Source of the DNA: an uncultured Bacillales bacterium | GTDB lineage: Bacteria > Bacillota_I > Bacilli_A > RF39 > UBA660 | Direction: 5' to 3' | DNA: 64,000 nt | Assembly (NCBI GenBank): GCA_946611235.1 | Contig: CAMODE010000041.1 | Span: 8,316 to 72,315, forward strand | Shown here: positions 1-9,371 of the stretch, one piece after another | Layout of the letters: each line of letters begins with the position of its first letter | Position numbering within the stretch: the stretch's first letter is position 1 | The notes under the pieces: model-generated | The model's input: only the letters and a program-made list of their open reading frames with translations | What the model was told of the DNA's origin: nothing | The model's database searches: none | Position numbers and translations under genes: made by a program

Positions 1-900
1 ACTAGATGGTTCTATTCCAGATGAAGATAAAACAATTGATGTAGTAGCACTATTTGTTAGGAACACCGCTCCTTCATTTTGTTTTATACATACATTATAT
101 GTCTTATCATTAGCAGTAGGATCAGTATCACTTGGAGCACCAATATTAAACGATGTTAAACTATTGCCCAAAGAATCCACTAATGAAAAGTTAGTATTAC
201 TAGAAGATAGTTCAAAATTTCGAGCATACTTATAAGTATTAATTACTTCGACATCAAAACAATCAATAGTATTATTACCTCTTAAATCAACAGAATTAGT
301 AACAAGTGTACCTGTTAAATCACCTGTATTATCAACCGTACCAGTAGCTCCGCCTCCTCCACCAACATTAATATTGGCATTTCCTCTTGAACCAACATTT
401 ATGGTAAGTACTATAGCCATACACCTCGTTTCATAGGCATAAATTGTCTCTCCAACATTAATATTATGATTCTTATTAGATGTTGCCACTGTAAAAGAAA
501 CATTAGCACCACTATTGGATTCATTACCACTAGTTACATGAACCTCAGGATTCATAGCAATTCCCGTAAAGGTAAAATCAAGTGGACTAGAATTTTCAAC
601 ATATATTAGATATGTTGCTTTATATGTTTTTTCTTCTTGTGAAACTCTAAAATTATAGTCAAGATCGACATTACCATCTTCATCAACAGTCATACTACCA
701 TAATTTTGAAGAGTATTACCACTAGCAGAAGTATCTAATTGAACTCCTGTTATTTTAACTTTACCAGTCTTATTTAAACTAACAACACCTTGAATACCTA
801 AATCCTTAAAAAAAACAGCATATCCTATCGTAAGTGTTGTTACAAACATAGTAATTGCTATGCTAAGTAATAAATCTTTATGTTTAAATATATTCTTCAT
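1..900 (-). CDS. Secreted/cell-surface protein, N-terminal 300 aa (partial, runs off window start); TasA/camelysin-like SipW-type signal anchor
   Basis: Not in ORF track. Hand translation from ATG (898-900) is open to position 1: MKNIFKHKDLLLSIAITMFVTTLTIGYAVFFKDLGIQGVVSLNKTGK... The TM + GYAVF motif resembles the TasA signal (GTWAAF). Starts 5 nt after the stop of 906-1952. Confidence 0.6.
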   Translation of the reverse strand, partial: MKNIFKHKDLLLSIAITMFVTTLTIGYAVFFKDLGIQGVVSLNKTGKVKITGVQLDTSASGNTLQNYGSMTVDEDGNVDLDYNFRVSQEEKTYKATYLIYVENSSPLDFTFTGIAMNPEVHVTSGNESNSGANVSFTVATSNKNHNINVGETIYAYETRCMAIVLTINVGSRGNANINVGGGGGATGTVDNTGDLTGTLVTNSVDLRGNNTIDCFDVEVINTYKYARNFELSSSNTNFSLVDSLGNSLTSFNIGAPSDTDPTANDKTYNVCIKQNEGAVFLTNSATTSIVLSSSGIEPSS

Positions 901-905
901 ATTCA

Positions 906-1952
906 TTACTCCCTTACAACACGATAGCGCCATGCCATTTTATCATTTATTAGAATAAAATCTGAATAATCATTTCCTTTAATAAAATTAATAGGTTGTC
1001 TAACTTCCGAATGAGCATCAATTAACTCACTAAATTTACTAACATCGACAACATTAAATTTATCTAGTTTTGGCATATTATTTAAATTAACAATAATACC
1101 ATCATATTCTTTTAAGATTTTCTTTATTGTCTTTAAATAAATACTTTGTCTTTCTCCTAATCTTACAAATATTAATGATAACCATATAAACAATCCAATA
1201 CCCAAAGCAAAACTAGATCCTCCACCAATTCTAAGAGCTAATACTGTGCTATCTTTAATAATTGTTTTTTTAGAAGTAATTGCCCCAATATTATTAGTAT
1301 CAGATGTAATACTAATTGGTACTTCAATTGTTGCTTTAGTAAGAGGAATTGATAAGATTGAATAAGACTCCTTCTTCTTATCATCTTTCCCATCTACTTT
1401 ATTTTCTACATATAAAACAACTTTTAAAGTACCATCTAATGATAAATTATATTCTTTCTTAAATTCTAGTAAGATATCATTATATTTTTGGTAATCTACT
1501 TTAATATTTTCGTTAAAATTAATTACTCTAGTGTTTTCATAATCTACTGTTTTTACTTCTGTTAAATTATATTCTTTTTCCCAGAAATTCTTAGTATTAT
1601 CATCAACTTTAGTAGCACTAGCTACTGCTTTTATATAGTAACTATAACTACCTGAAGCAGGTTTATCAAGTATTAAACTATTATTAAAATCTATATCTAA
1701 GTAATCAATTAAACTAGTAATATAAATATTATCTTTTCCTAAATAAGGTTCTTCAAAGAAATTATTTTCTTTTAAATATACTTTATAATCAATAGTATTA
1801 TTTTCTTTATAGTATATACTAGTATCTTCGGTATTAAATAGGCTCTTTTTAAATAGACGAATGCCTACGACTACTGTTATAATGCTAAGTACAAATAATA
1901 TAAAACATTTTAAAGGTAGTTTAACCCTATTAGTTTTATTCTTCTTAGGCAT
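906..1952 (-). CDS. Bitopic membrane protein (DUF5305-like, from memory), partner of SipW/TasA-type operons
   Basis: 348-aa ORF with an N-terminal TM (CFILFVLSIITVVVGI) and a second TM near residue 245. Sits between the SipW-type peptidase and a TasA-like substrate gene. Confidence 0.55.
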   Translation of the reverse strand: MPKKNKTNRVKLPLKCFILFVLSIITVVVGIRLFKKSLFNTEDTSIYYKENNTIDYKVYLKENNFFEEPYLGKDNIYITSLIDYLDIDFNNSLILDKPASGSYSYYIKAVASATKVDDNTKNFWEKEYNLTEVKTVDYENTRVINFNENIKVDYQKYNDILLEFKKEYNLSLDGTLKVVLYVENKVDGKDDKKKESYSILSIPLTKATIEVPISITSDTNNIGAITSKKTIIKDSTVLALRIGGGSSFALGIGLFIWLSLIFVRLGERQSIYLKTIKKILKEYDGIIVNLNNMPKLDKFNVVDVSKFSELIDAHSEVRQPINFIKGNDYSDFILINDKMAWRYRVVRE

Positions 1953-1963
1953 TCTAGCACCTC

Positions 1964-3088
1964 CTAGCTATTAAACCATACTGTTGGATAACCAATATAT
2001 TTAACAATGTATTTAACTGTCCCTAATACATCCTTCTCAGTTATCTTTATTTTATCTTCAGTATTGTTATTGTCCCCCTTAGTTCTAAATGTATAATGCC
2101 CATTATCGTTTACTTTACTTACCACTCTATGGGTTATTATAGAATTACCACTTTTAAAAACCAATATATCCCCTTCATTAATCTTTTCCACTCTTTCTTT
2201 ATAGTAGATAATAGCATCTCCTCTATAATAAACAGGATTCATTGAATCAGACATTATCGCTATCATATGATACTTAAAGATGCCTGATACCAATGCTGTT
2301 ATTATCAAAGTAAATATCAGTATAAAGGAAAATACAAAGTTTCTAAGATATTTTTTAGCATACATATTATATTTTTCTTTATATGTAATATTCTTACTTA
2401 CTTGCTTATAAACAAGATAAGGAAATACTACTCCAGTTACCGCTGTTATATAATTACCTAAATTAGGTAGTATTGGTATAACATAACCCCACAGATTTAA
2501 TGCAAGACTAATTAGAATCGTGGGAAGAGGGCTAACATTATAAGTAATATAACTATATAAAACCTCTCTAGCAATAATTGGAAGGATAATAACACTTGTA
2601 ACTAAAAATATCATTTCATGATTATTTAAAGTCATATTATTAATTGTCATTATCATATTTAAACTTATAATTAATACAGTAAATATAACAACTTGTATTT
2701 TATTTGGATTTTTTCTAAATATTAAGTATCTACATAATTCTACTAAATCAACATATAAGATTATTGGAACAATATTTCTAAGCATTCCAAATAATGAATG
2801 TGAATGTATTGATTTAGCAAATCCAGTAAATAATCCAAGTATATAAAGTACTAAAGTATATAATAGCAACATAATTACTACAGTTTTAGTAGTACTCTTT
2901 TTTAGATAATTCTTATCCTTTGGAAATCCTCCCATTATTATTAAACTAATAAAAAGAATTAACCAAAATCCTAAATTTATATACTCGTAATATTCAAAAT
3001 TATTATCCATAATTAAAAATTTAAATATGATAATAAAGATTAGTAATACTATTTCAATTATATATATCCTTTTTATATTCTTTTTCAT
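1964..3088 (-). CDS. SipW-type (ER/archaeal-type) signal peptidase I fused to a ~260-aa polytopic N-terminal membrane domain
   Basis: The C-terminal ~110 aa carries the SPase boxes SDSMNP (catalytic Ser), ITHRVV (His) and TKGDNN. The N-terminal part has about 8 hydrophobic segments by eye. Confidence 0.75.
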   Translation of the reverse strand: MKKNIKRIYIIEIVLLIFIIIFKFLIMDNNFEYYEYINLGFWLILFISLIIMGGFPKDKNYLKKSTTKTVVIMLLLYTLVLYILGLFTGFAKSIHSHSLFGMLRNIVPIILYVDLVELCRYLIFRKNPNKIQVVIFTVLIISLNMIMTINNMTLNNHEMIFLVTSVIILPIIAREVLYSYITYNVSPLPTILISLALNLWGYVIPILPNLGNYITAVTGVVFPYLVYKQVSKNITYKEKYNMYAKKYLRNFVFSFILIFTLIITALVSGIFKYHMIAIMSDSMNPVYYRGDAIIYYKERVEKINEGDILVFKSGNSIITHRVVSKVNDNGHYTFRTKGDNNNTEDKIKITEKDVLGTVKYIVKYIGYPTVWFNS

Positions 3089-3169
3089 ACTATCACCTTG
3101 TTAATGGGTGAGAGTTCTGTCAAAAGACAGAACACTCCCATTAAAACATCTAAGAATAATCATTCTTAA

Positions 3170-3757
3170 TTAAAATCCAGCATCAACATAACTTAAAGTA
3201 GCTGATAAATTTAGTGGCCCCAAATCATTTTTTAATAAGTCAGATTCACCAGCAGGAACTTTATACATAATCTTTACAGTAACATTAACAGTTCCATTCT
3301 TTTTAGCAAGGACAGGTCCATCACTAATTGAAGTGTTAGTGGAATTGTAAACAGTTGAACCATAAGTAAGCGTATAATCTACATATTTAGCATTTTCTTC
3401 AGATACTCCAGCTAATGTAACACCAGTTAATCTAGCATCGATAGTACCATCATTTACGACAGTTGTCGTAAATTCATAATAGTCACCAGGTTTAGCTAAA
3501 GTAACATTATAAGTACTTAATGTAGTGCCCGCTTCATCTACTGTTGGTGCAGCTGTAGGATCAACACTACCGTCAGCTTTTTTATAAGCACCTTCACCTG
3601 TTTTAACAAAGTGTACACTCCATTTAGCAGCAGTTAATGTAGCATTACCATTGATATTTAAATTTTGGTTGAATGCGGCGAAACCTACTGCCATAACTAA
3701 GATAGCTACTGCTAGCACTCCTATGATTGCTGTCTGAACATGTTTTTGTTTTTCCAT
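3170..3757 (-). CDS. TasA/camelysin-like secreted protein with SipW-dependent-type signal peptide
   Basis: AGGAGG RBS 9 nt before ATG at 3757 (the ORF track extends to 3793). N-terminus MEKQKHVQTAIIGVLAVAILVMAVGFAAFNQNLNINGNATL has an AAFN motif as in TasA. Beta-rich, Thr/Val-rich body. Confidence 0.65.
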   Translation of the reverse strand: MEKQKHVQTAIIGVLAVAILVMAVGFAAFNQNLNINGNATLTAAKWSVHFVKTGEGAYKKADGSVDPTAAPTVDEAGTTLSTYNVTLAKPGDYYEFTTTVVNDGTIDARLTGVTLAGVSEENAKYVDYTLTYGSTVYNSTNTSISDGPVLAKKNGTVNVTVKIMYKVPAGESDLLKNDLGPLNLSATLSYVDAGF

Positions 3758-3832
3758 TTTTTCATCTCCTCCTATCATATATAATGATATCACAAATAGA
3801 TAAAAGGTGTCAATTAGTATTAATCTTTTTTT

Positions 3833-4222
3833 TTACAATTTTTGTACTATATTGTAAATATCTTCTATATAAATTATTTCTTTATTTTCTAGTATTATTT
3901 TCTTATATATAAAATCTATCTTTTTTATCTTACCTATTATGTCTAAATATTCCCCCCCGTTTTTATATTTATCATGTTTAAAATATGTTATTAAGTAAGA
4001 ATTGTCTTTATCAATTTTATTTAATGTATAATTTATTTCTTCTATTTTGTCTCTACTTAATACTTTTTTAGTATCTACTAGTCTTCCTTCTTCTAAAATA
4101 GATTCATTATATCCAGTAAGCGCAGCAAATGGCATAAATTCTTTGGCTCTACTTTCGATTGGCATCTTGGGGTGATTAGATATTGGTCTAGATAAATTAA
4201 TTATATCTTCATATTTATTCAT
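3833..4222 (-). CDS. YolD-like protein (accessory to Y-family polymerase)
   Basis: 129-aa ORF overlapping the stop of the polymerase gene by 8 nt. Contains an FMPFAALTGY motif. The gene pair polymerase + YolD-like matches B. subtilis uvrX-yolD. Confidence 0.6.
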   Translation of the reverse strand: MNKYEDIINLSRPISNHPKMPIESRAKEFMPFAALTGYNESILEEGRLVDTKKVLSRDKIEEINYTLNKIDKDNSYLITYFKHDKYKNGGEYLDIIGKIKKIDFIYKKIILENKEIIYIEDIYNIVQKL

Positions 4223-5708
4223 GATGACCCCCTATTTGAGAATTCCTTTCGATAGCAGTAGCTCCTTCTTCCAAATCCATTGCTTTAATAATAGCATTCT
4301 TTCCAAATTTCTTCTTTATTTCTAGAATAGTTCTTTGGACTTTTCTATCTTCTATTTCTTTAGTATTATCTTGTTTATTAGTTATATTATTATTAAATAA
4401 ATCTAACTGATTATAATTTATTTTTTTCTTTGATTGTTCTTCAGTTAAAACATTTCCAAAAGTAATATTAATTCTTTTTACTGATAAGTTTTTATTTATA
4501 ATATTATCGTATAGTTTAATAATATTATCTCTTATTATCTTAGACGATGAAGTACATCTATCTAGTAATATACTACCATGACTTTCTTTAGGTATATATC
4601 TTCCATAATAATCTTTTTTAATTATTCCATTATATCCATTAGTTAAGTTTTCACTATCATACATTATTGTTAATATTATACTATTTGTTACTAAGTTTTT
4701 ATCTACTAAATCTAAAGATAATGAATCAGCCATTTCTTTAACAATAAGTTTAGTTTTAATATAATCATATGGACAAGATAATACTTGACCAGAAGATATA
4801 CTATTTGTTTTCGGTTTGTAGTTTTTAATATCCTTAATTGTGCATGGTTCTACTCCCCAAGCATGGTCTATTAATATTTCAGCATCTATTCCAAATAATT
4901 TATATAATAATTCTTCATTTTTAATATCATTTAAAGTTCCTAAAGAACATCTAGCAATATCTCCCATGGTATATATATGATTATCTTCAAGTTTCTTAGC
5001 ATATCCCTTTCCTACTCTCCAAAAATCCGTAAGAGGAGTATGACTCCATAATTTTTCCTTATATAATTGTTCATTTAAGTAAGCTATTCTTACTCCATCA
5101 GAATCTTCTTTAATATGTTTAGCCATGATATCCATAGCTACTTTAGCTAGATATAAATTAGTACCAATACCCCCAGTAGCGGTTATTCCAGTTTCTTTTA
5201 AAATATTTTTAATTATCTTATTAGTAAGTTCATAAGGAGTCATTTTATACATCTTTAAATAATTCGTAGCATCAATAAATACTTCATCTATCGAATAGAC
5301 ATGAATATCTTCTTTAGATATATATTTTAAATATATATTATATATTCTAGTACTATAGTCTATATATAATTTCATTCTAGGCCCCGCAATAATAAAATCT
5401 AATTCTAGATACGGATTATTTATTATTTCATTATTATTCGTACTTTTACCAGTAAAATATTTATAATTTATTTTTTTTCTTCTCTTTATATTTATTTCTT
5501 TTATTTTTTGTTCAACTTCAAATAATCTTGCTCTACCTGGAATACCATAGCTTTTTAAAGAAGGAGAAACCGCTAAACAGATGGTTTTAGAAGTACGAGA
5601 AGAGTCCGCTACTACTAGATTAGTAGTAAGAGGATCTAAATTTCTTTCTTTACATTCTACTGATGCATAAAATGATTTTAAATCTATTGCTATATATACT
5701 TTATCCAT
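4215..5708 (-). CDS. Y-family (DinB/UmuC/UvrX-like) translesion DNA polymerase
   Basis: Start MDKVYIAIDLKSFYASVEC (GGTGA RBS; the ORF track extends to 5753). Also has SIDEVFID and a little-finger region. Confidence 0.85.
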   Translation of the reverse strand: MDKVYIAIDLKSFYASVECKERNLDPLTTNLVVADSSRTSKTICLAVSPSLKSYGIPGRARLFEVEQKIKEINIKRRKKINYKYFTGKSTNNNEIINNPYLELDFIIAGPRMKLYIDYSTRIYNIYLKYISKEDIHVYSIDEVFIDATNYLKMYKMTPYELTNKIIKNILKETGITATGGIGTNLYLAKVAMDIMAKHIKEDSDGVRIAYLNEQLYKEKLWSHTPLTDFWRVGKGYAKKLEDNHIYTMGDIARCSLGTLNDIKNEELLYKLFGIDAEILIDHAWGVEPCTIKDIKNYKPKTNSISSGQVLSCPYDYIKTKLIVKEMADSLSLDLVDKNLVTNSIILTIMYDSENLTNGYNGIIKKDYYGRYIPKESHGSILLDRCTSSSKIIRDNIIKLYDNIINKNLSVKRINITFGNVLTEEQSKKKINYNQLDLFNNNITNKQDNTKEIEDRKVQRTILEIKKKFGKNAIIKAMDLEEGATAIERNSQIGGHHE

Positions 5709-5818
5709 ATCCATCACCATAATTATTATATAAAATATGTTTATCTTAGTCAATAATTTTATTATACATTTGTTTGCTAATATTTAGTAAATAAAAAGAT
5801 AAATGATTTTATATCTTT

Positions 5819-7159
5819 TTAACCATTTATCTCAATATCAATACCATCTATACAGAATACGGCGTATAAAGGAACTGATTTAATATTATTATTAAATCCA
5901 AAATTCTTTTGTGATACCCTTATCGCATAACTTGGTTTATACTCCTCTCTATATATATCTAGACTTTTTGATTTTGTTCCTGTATCAAATTTTACTTCTA
6001 CTGGAATCGGATTTAGTTCCTGTTGTATTACAAAGTCTACTTCTGCATTTCCTTTGTTTTTACCTTTTCTACTCCAATAATATAGTGAAATACCATTTTT
6101 TACTAATTCAGAAGCTACATAATTTTCTGCTATTACACCTTTATAAGAATAATCATCGTTTGAAAAAATCATTTTATATGGTGTTTCAGATAGAGACATT
6201 AAAAGTCCAGTATCATTTAGATATAATTTATAAGATTCCTTTTGAACATTAGTTTTTAGAGGAATTTTTGGTACTTCTAATGTTTTACACATCAGTATTA
6301 AACTACTACTTATTAGCCAATCAATTGGACTTATATAATCTTTTTTTCTGTTATCAAATTTATCTAACTTATTAAAAGTAAATTTTTGATTTTCCTTACT
6401 GAGTTGCACAGGTATATCATCATAAATTCTTTTAATTCTGACATAATCATTGGGATTTTCATTATATTTGGACATGTCCTCAAAATATTGTTCTGTTATT
6501 GTTTTAGGTATTTCTTTATCAATTAATAATAAGTCTTCTTTATTATCAATATAATCTTGAATTACATCAGGCATTCCACCTAAACATATATATCTTTTTA
6601 CTAAATCTAATAATACAATGTGAATACTCTCAGATATAGGTTCATTTGATATATAATGCTTTCTTATTACTTCTATAAAGCGTTCATTACCTGTAGCCCA
6701 AAGGAATTCTTCAAAGTCCATCGGATATAGTGTTTTTTCAATTACCTTTCTAACTGGAAAAGACGATTTCATTCTATTTAATGCAACACCCAAAAGTGAA
6801 CCAGCACAAATTATATTATATTCATTTTTACTTTCATAAAAATATTTCAATGCTTCGATAAACTTTTCAGATCTTTGTACCTCATCAATAAATAATATTG
6901 TATCTGGATCATTTAGTTTACATCCGCAAAGTAATTCTAAATCAGCAACTTTTAGTTCAAATGATTTATTCTCATTAAAAATATCAATAATTGAACTATC
7001 GTGTATCAAATCAAATTTTAATATATTTTTGTAATTGTCTCTACAAAACTTGTCTATGATATAAGTTTTACCTACTTGTCTAGCACCTTTAACCAACAAT
7101 GGTTTATGATTTTTAACATTTTTCCATTTTAATAACTCATCATAAAACTTTCTCTTCAT
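5819..7159 (-). CDS. AAA family ATPase (AAA_14 + DUF4143 type)
   Basis: Walker A GARQVGKT and Walker B LFIDEVQ. The C-terminal part resembles a DUF4143 restriction-endonuclease-like fold. Confidence 0.8.
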   Translation of the reverse strand: MKRKFYDELLKWKNVKNHKPLLVKGARQVGKTYIIDKFCRDNYKNILKFDLIHDSSIIDIFNENKSFELKVADLELLCGCKLNDPDTILFIDEVQRSEKFIEALKYFYESKNEYNIICAGSLLGVALNRMKSSFPVRKVIEKTLYPMDFEEFLWATGNERFIEVIRKHYISNEPISESIHIVLLDLVKRYICLGGMPDVIQDYIDNKEDLLLIDKEIPKTITEQYFEDMSKYNENPNDYVRIKRIYDDIPVQLSKENQKFTFNKLDKFDNRKKDYISPIDWLISSSLILMCKTLEVPKIPLKTNVQKESYKLYLNDTGLLMSLSETPYKMIFSNDDYSYKGVIAENYVASELVKNGISLYYWSRKGKNKGNAEVDFVIQQELNPIPVEVKFDTGTKSKSLDIYREEYKPSYAIRVSQKNFGFNNNIKSVPLYAVFCIDGIDIEING

Positions 7160-7225
7160 ATTTGCACCACCTCTATTACAAATATATCACATTTTTTGTA
7201 TAGTTTCAATATGTTTTTGCGAAAT

Positions 7226-7303
7226 TTCGAGGGAATAATATGCTAATTTTTGTTAAAATTCGAGGGAATAATATGCTAATTTTTGTTAAAATTCGAGGGA
7301 ATA
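7226..7303. repeat. 33-bp tandem repeat x ~2.4 (TTCGAGGGAATAATATGCTAATTTTTGTTAAAA)
   Basis: Two perfect copies at 7226-7258 and 7259-7291, plus a partial third. Intergenic, upstream of the AAA ATPase gene. Confidence 0.9.
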
Positions 7304-7309
7304 GCTGTT

Positions 7310-7741
7310 TTATTTAGATATATTTACTATAATACTATTATTATCTAAGTCTTCTAAATTATTGATATGACCTATCTTAGTATAACTATAAGAAGTAGTA
7401 AAAGTTTTATAAAAGATAACCAAACAGTTATTTCCATATAACATTACATCACCTTTATTTATTATTTCTGGTACCCTACTATTAGTAATAAACTTATTAT
7501 CTAAATAGATATATTTTTCATTACCATTTAATTCTTCCATAGTAATATTAAGTGGTAATATATTAAATAGCTCTCTAGTAGTTTGATTATCTTCTAACTC
7601 TAAGGTATATTCTTTATTATTAATTGTTATATTTACTTTATCCATAAAATCATCACTTTCTATTATATTATTTTCTTCTTTATTACTAGTACAACCTATT
7701 AGTAAAAGAAGTGAAAATATTATTATTAATATCTTCTTCAT
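7310..7741 (-). CDS. Cyclophilin-like fold lipoprotein
   Basis: Lipobox LLLIGC at the N-terminus. C-terminal GDVMLYGNNCLVIFYKTF is typical of cyclophilin-like (Cyclophil_like2) proteins. Confidence 0.6.
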   Translation of the reverse strand: MKKILIIIFSLLLLIGCTSNKEENNIIESDDFMDKVNITINNKEYTLELEDNQTTRELFNILPLNITMEELNGNEKYIYLDNKFITNSRVPEIINKGDVMLYGNNCLVIFYKTFTTSYSYTKIGHINNLEDLDNNSIIVNISK

Positions 7742-7743
7742 AA

Positions 7744-8652
7744 TTATTTTATATTATTTATATATTTTATTGCTTCAGTAGCAGCTACTGCTCCATCACT
7801 AGTAGCAGTAACTAATTGTCTTAAATCTTTAGTTCGAGCATCTCCTGCAGCAAAGATTCCCTTTTTATTCGTATGACAATTTTCTTTAGTAATAATATAT
7901 CCTTTTTCGTCTAATTTAATTATTTTAGCAAAGTTTTGATTTTCTGGTATTTGACCTACTGCGATAAAGATAGCTGATACTTCTAATTCTTTTTTATTAC
8001 CAGTATTATCTGTAACAATAATACTTTCTAATTTATCACTGGCATTTAACTTAGTTACATTACTATTATAGATAAATGTAATATTATTTTTTTCTTTTAA
8101 TTTATTTAAAGTAGATTCTTCTCCTTTAAAAGTATCTCTTCGATGAATTAGATATACTTTTTTACAAATATCTGTTAGATATAAAGCATCATCTAAGGCG
8201 GTATTTCCTCCTCCTACTACTGCTACTATCTTATCTTTATAAAAGGCTCCATCACAAGTAGCACAATAAGATACTCCTTTACCTATAAGACTATCTTCAT
8301 TAGATAATTCTAATTTTCTATTTTCACTTCCAGTAGCAAGTATTAAGGCTTTACATTTATATTTATTATTAGTAGTAATTACTTCTTTATAATTAGTTTT
8401 ATTTTTTACTTCTACGACTTTTTCAAATCTTATTTCTGCTCCTAATTCTTTTGCTTGTTCATACATTTTAGTAGCTAAATCAAAACCAGATATATGATTA
8501 TCCCCTGGATAGTTTTCAATATCTAGGGTATTTATTATTTGTCCACCATAAGACTTTGCTTCAAGAACTAAGACTTTTTTATTTGCCCGCCTAGCGTATA
8601 TCGCCGATGTTAGTCCTGCTGGCCCTGCTCCTACTATGATTATATCGTACAT
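7744..8652 (-). CDS. trxB: Thioredoxin-disulfide reductase
   Basis: FAD motif GAGPAGLT, redox centre CATCDG, NADPH motif GGGNTALD. Confidence 0.92.
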   Translation of the reverse strand: MYDIIIVGAGPAGLTSAIYARRANKKVLVLEAKSYGGQIINTLDIENYPGDNHISGFDLATKMYEQAKELGAEIRFEKVVEVKNKTNYKEVITTNNKYKCKALILATGSENRKLELSNEDSLIGKGVSYCATCDGAFYKDKIVAVVGGGNTALDDALYLTDICKKVYLIHRRDTFKGEESTLNKLKEKNNITFIYNSNVTKLNASDKLESIIVTDNTGNKKELEVSAIFIAVGQIPENQNFAKIIKLDEKGYIITKENCHTNKKGIFAAGDARTKDLRQLVTATSDGAVAATEAIKYINNIK

Positions 8653-9200
8653 TATTTTTCCTCCAATAACCTTAGTATTTCTTCTTCCATATCTTTAGGA
8701 TTAAATGTAGGATCATATCTTTTTATGACGTTTCCTTTTCTATCAACTAAAAACTTCGTAAAGTTCCAAACAATATCTCCTTCTTTTTGACAAGTATTAC
8801 TTATCTTTTTAATAGTTTTTATAGCAACTTTATTTTTAAGTCCATGTACTTCTTCATTAGGTATTTCTTCTTTTAAATATGTATATAAAGGTAGTTCATT
8901 ATCTCCATTTACTTCTATTTTAGAAAATTGTTCAAACTTAGTATCATACTTCATCGTACAAAACTCATGAATTTCATCATCTGTTCCAGGAGCCTGATGT
9001 CCAAATTGATCACAAGGAAAATCTAATATTTCTAATCCCTTATTATGATACTTTTCATATAACATTTCTAGTCCTTCATACTGAGGAGTAAAGCCACACC
9101 CAGTAGCAGTATTCACTATTAATAAGACTTTGTTTTTATACTTGCTTAATTTAACATTGCTTCCATCTCTATTCTTTACTTCATAATCATATATACTCAT
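8652..9200 (-). CDS. Glutathione peroxidase family (Cys-type)
   Basis: NTATGCGFTPQY active-site region, LEILDFPCDQFGHQAPG and WNFTKFLV motifs. The trxB start overlaps this gene's stop by 1 nt. Confidence 0.9.
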   Translation of the reverse strand: MSIYDYEVKNRDGSNVKLSKYKNKVLLIVNTATGCGFTPQYEGLEMLYEKYHNKGLEILDFPCDQFGHQAPGTDDEIHEFCTMKYDTKFEQFSKIEVNGDNELPLYTYLKEEIPNEEVHGLKNKVAIKTIKKISNTCQKEGDIVWNFTKFLVDRKGNVIKRYDPTFNPKDMEEEILRLLEEK

Positions 9201-9223
9201 AATATCTTCCTTTCTATAATTTA

Positions 9224-9252
9224 ATTTTATAATAATAACTATTATATGTCAA
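9224..9252 (-). promoter_or_regulatory. Sigma-A-type promoter for gpx-trxB operon
   Basis: Minus strand reads TTGACA - 17 nt - TAAAAT, about 25 nt upstream of the gpx RBS. Confidence 0.55.
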
Positions 9253-9297
9253 TTTATTTTTTCACCCATTAATAAAGGATATACCTAATACTAGTCC

Positions 9298-9320
9298 TCA
9301 AAGTAACACTGTTACTTTGA
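9298..9320. promoter_or_regulatory. Perfect 11-1-11 palindrome (TCAAAGTAACA C TGTTACTTTGA), candidate operator
   Basis: Perfect inverted repeat with no adjacent U-run, located about 45 bp upstream of the -35 of the gpx-trxB promoter. Confidence 0.4.
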
Positions 9321-9342
9321 TACGCCAAAGGCGGAAGAAATA

Positions 9343-9369
9343 GAAAAAAATTCTCCATATAGAGAATTC
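9343..9369 (-). terminator. Rho-independent terminator ending the mraZ-PBP operon
   Basis: Minus strand reads GAATTCTC-TATATG-GAGAATT followed by TTTTTTT. Confidence 0.7.
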
Positions 9370-9371
9370 TT

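Noticed and set aside
3727-3912. 61-aa plus-strand ORF across the TasA-like start / YolD-like end
   Set aside because: Low-complexity Leu/Phe/Ile translation antisense to well-supported genes and with no RBS. Typical AT-rich antisense artefact.
5911-6252. 113-aa plus-strand ORF inside the AAA ATPase gene
   Set aside because: Antisense to a gene with clear Walker motifs. Composition is dominated by L/F/Y/I from AT-rich antisense codons.
7240-7317. 25-aa plus-strand ORF (MLIFVKIRGNN MLIFVKIRGNS CFI) created by the 33-bp tandem repeat
   Set aside because: The 33-bp period keeps the frame open by construction. There is no RBS and it overlaps the stop of the cyclophilin-like gene, so it is probably not coding.
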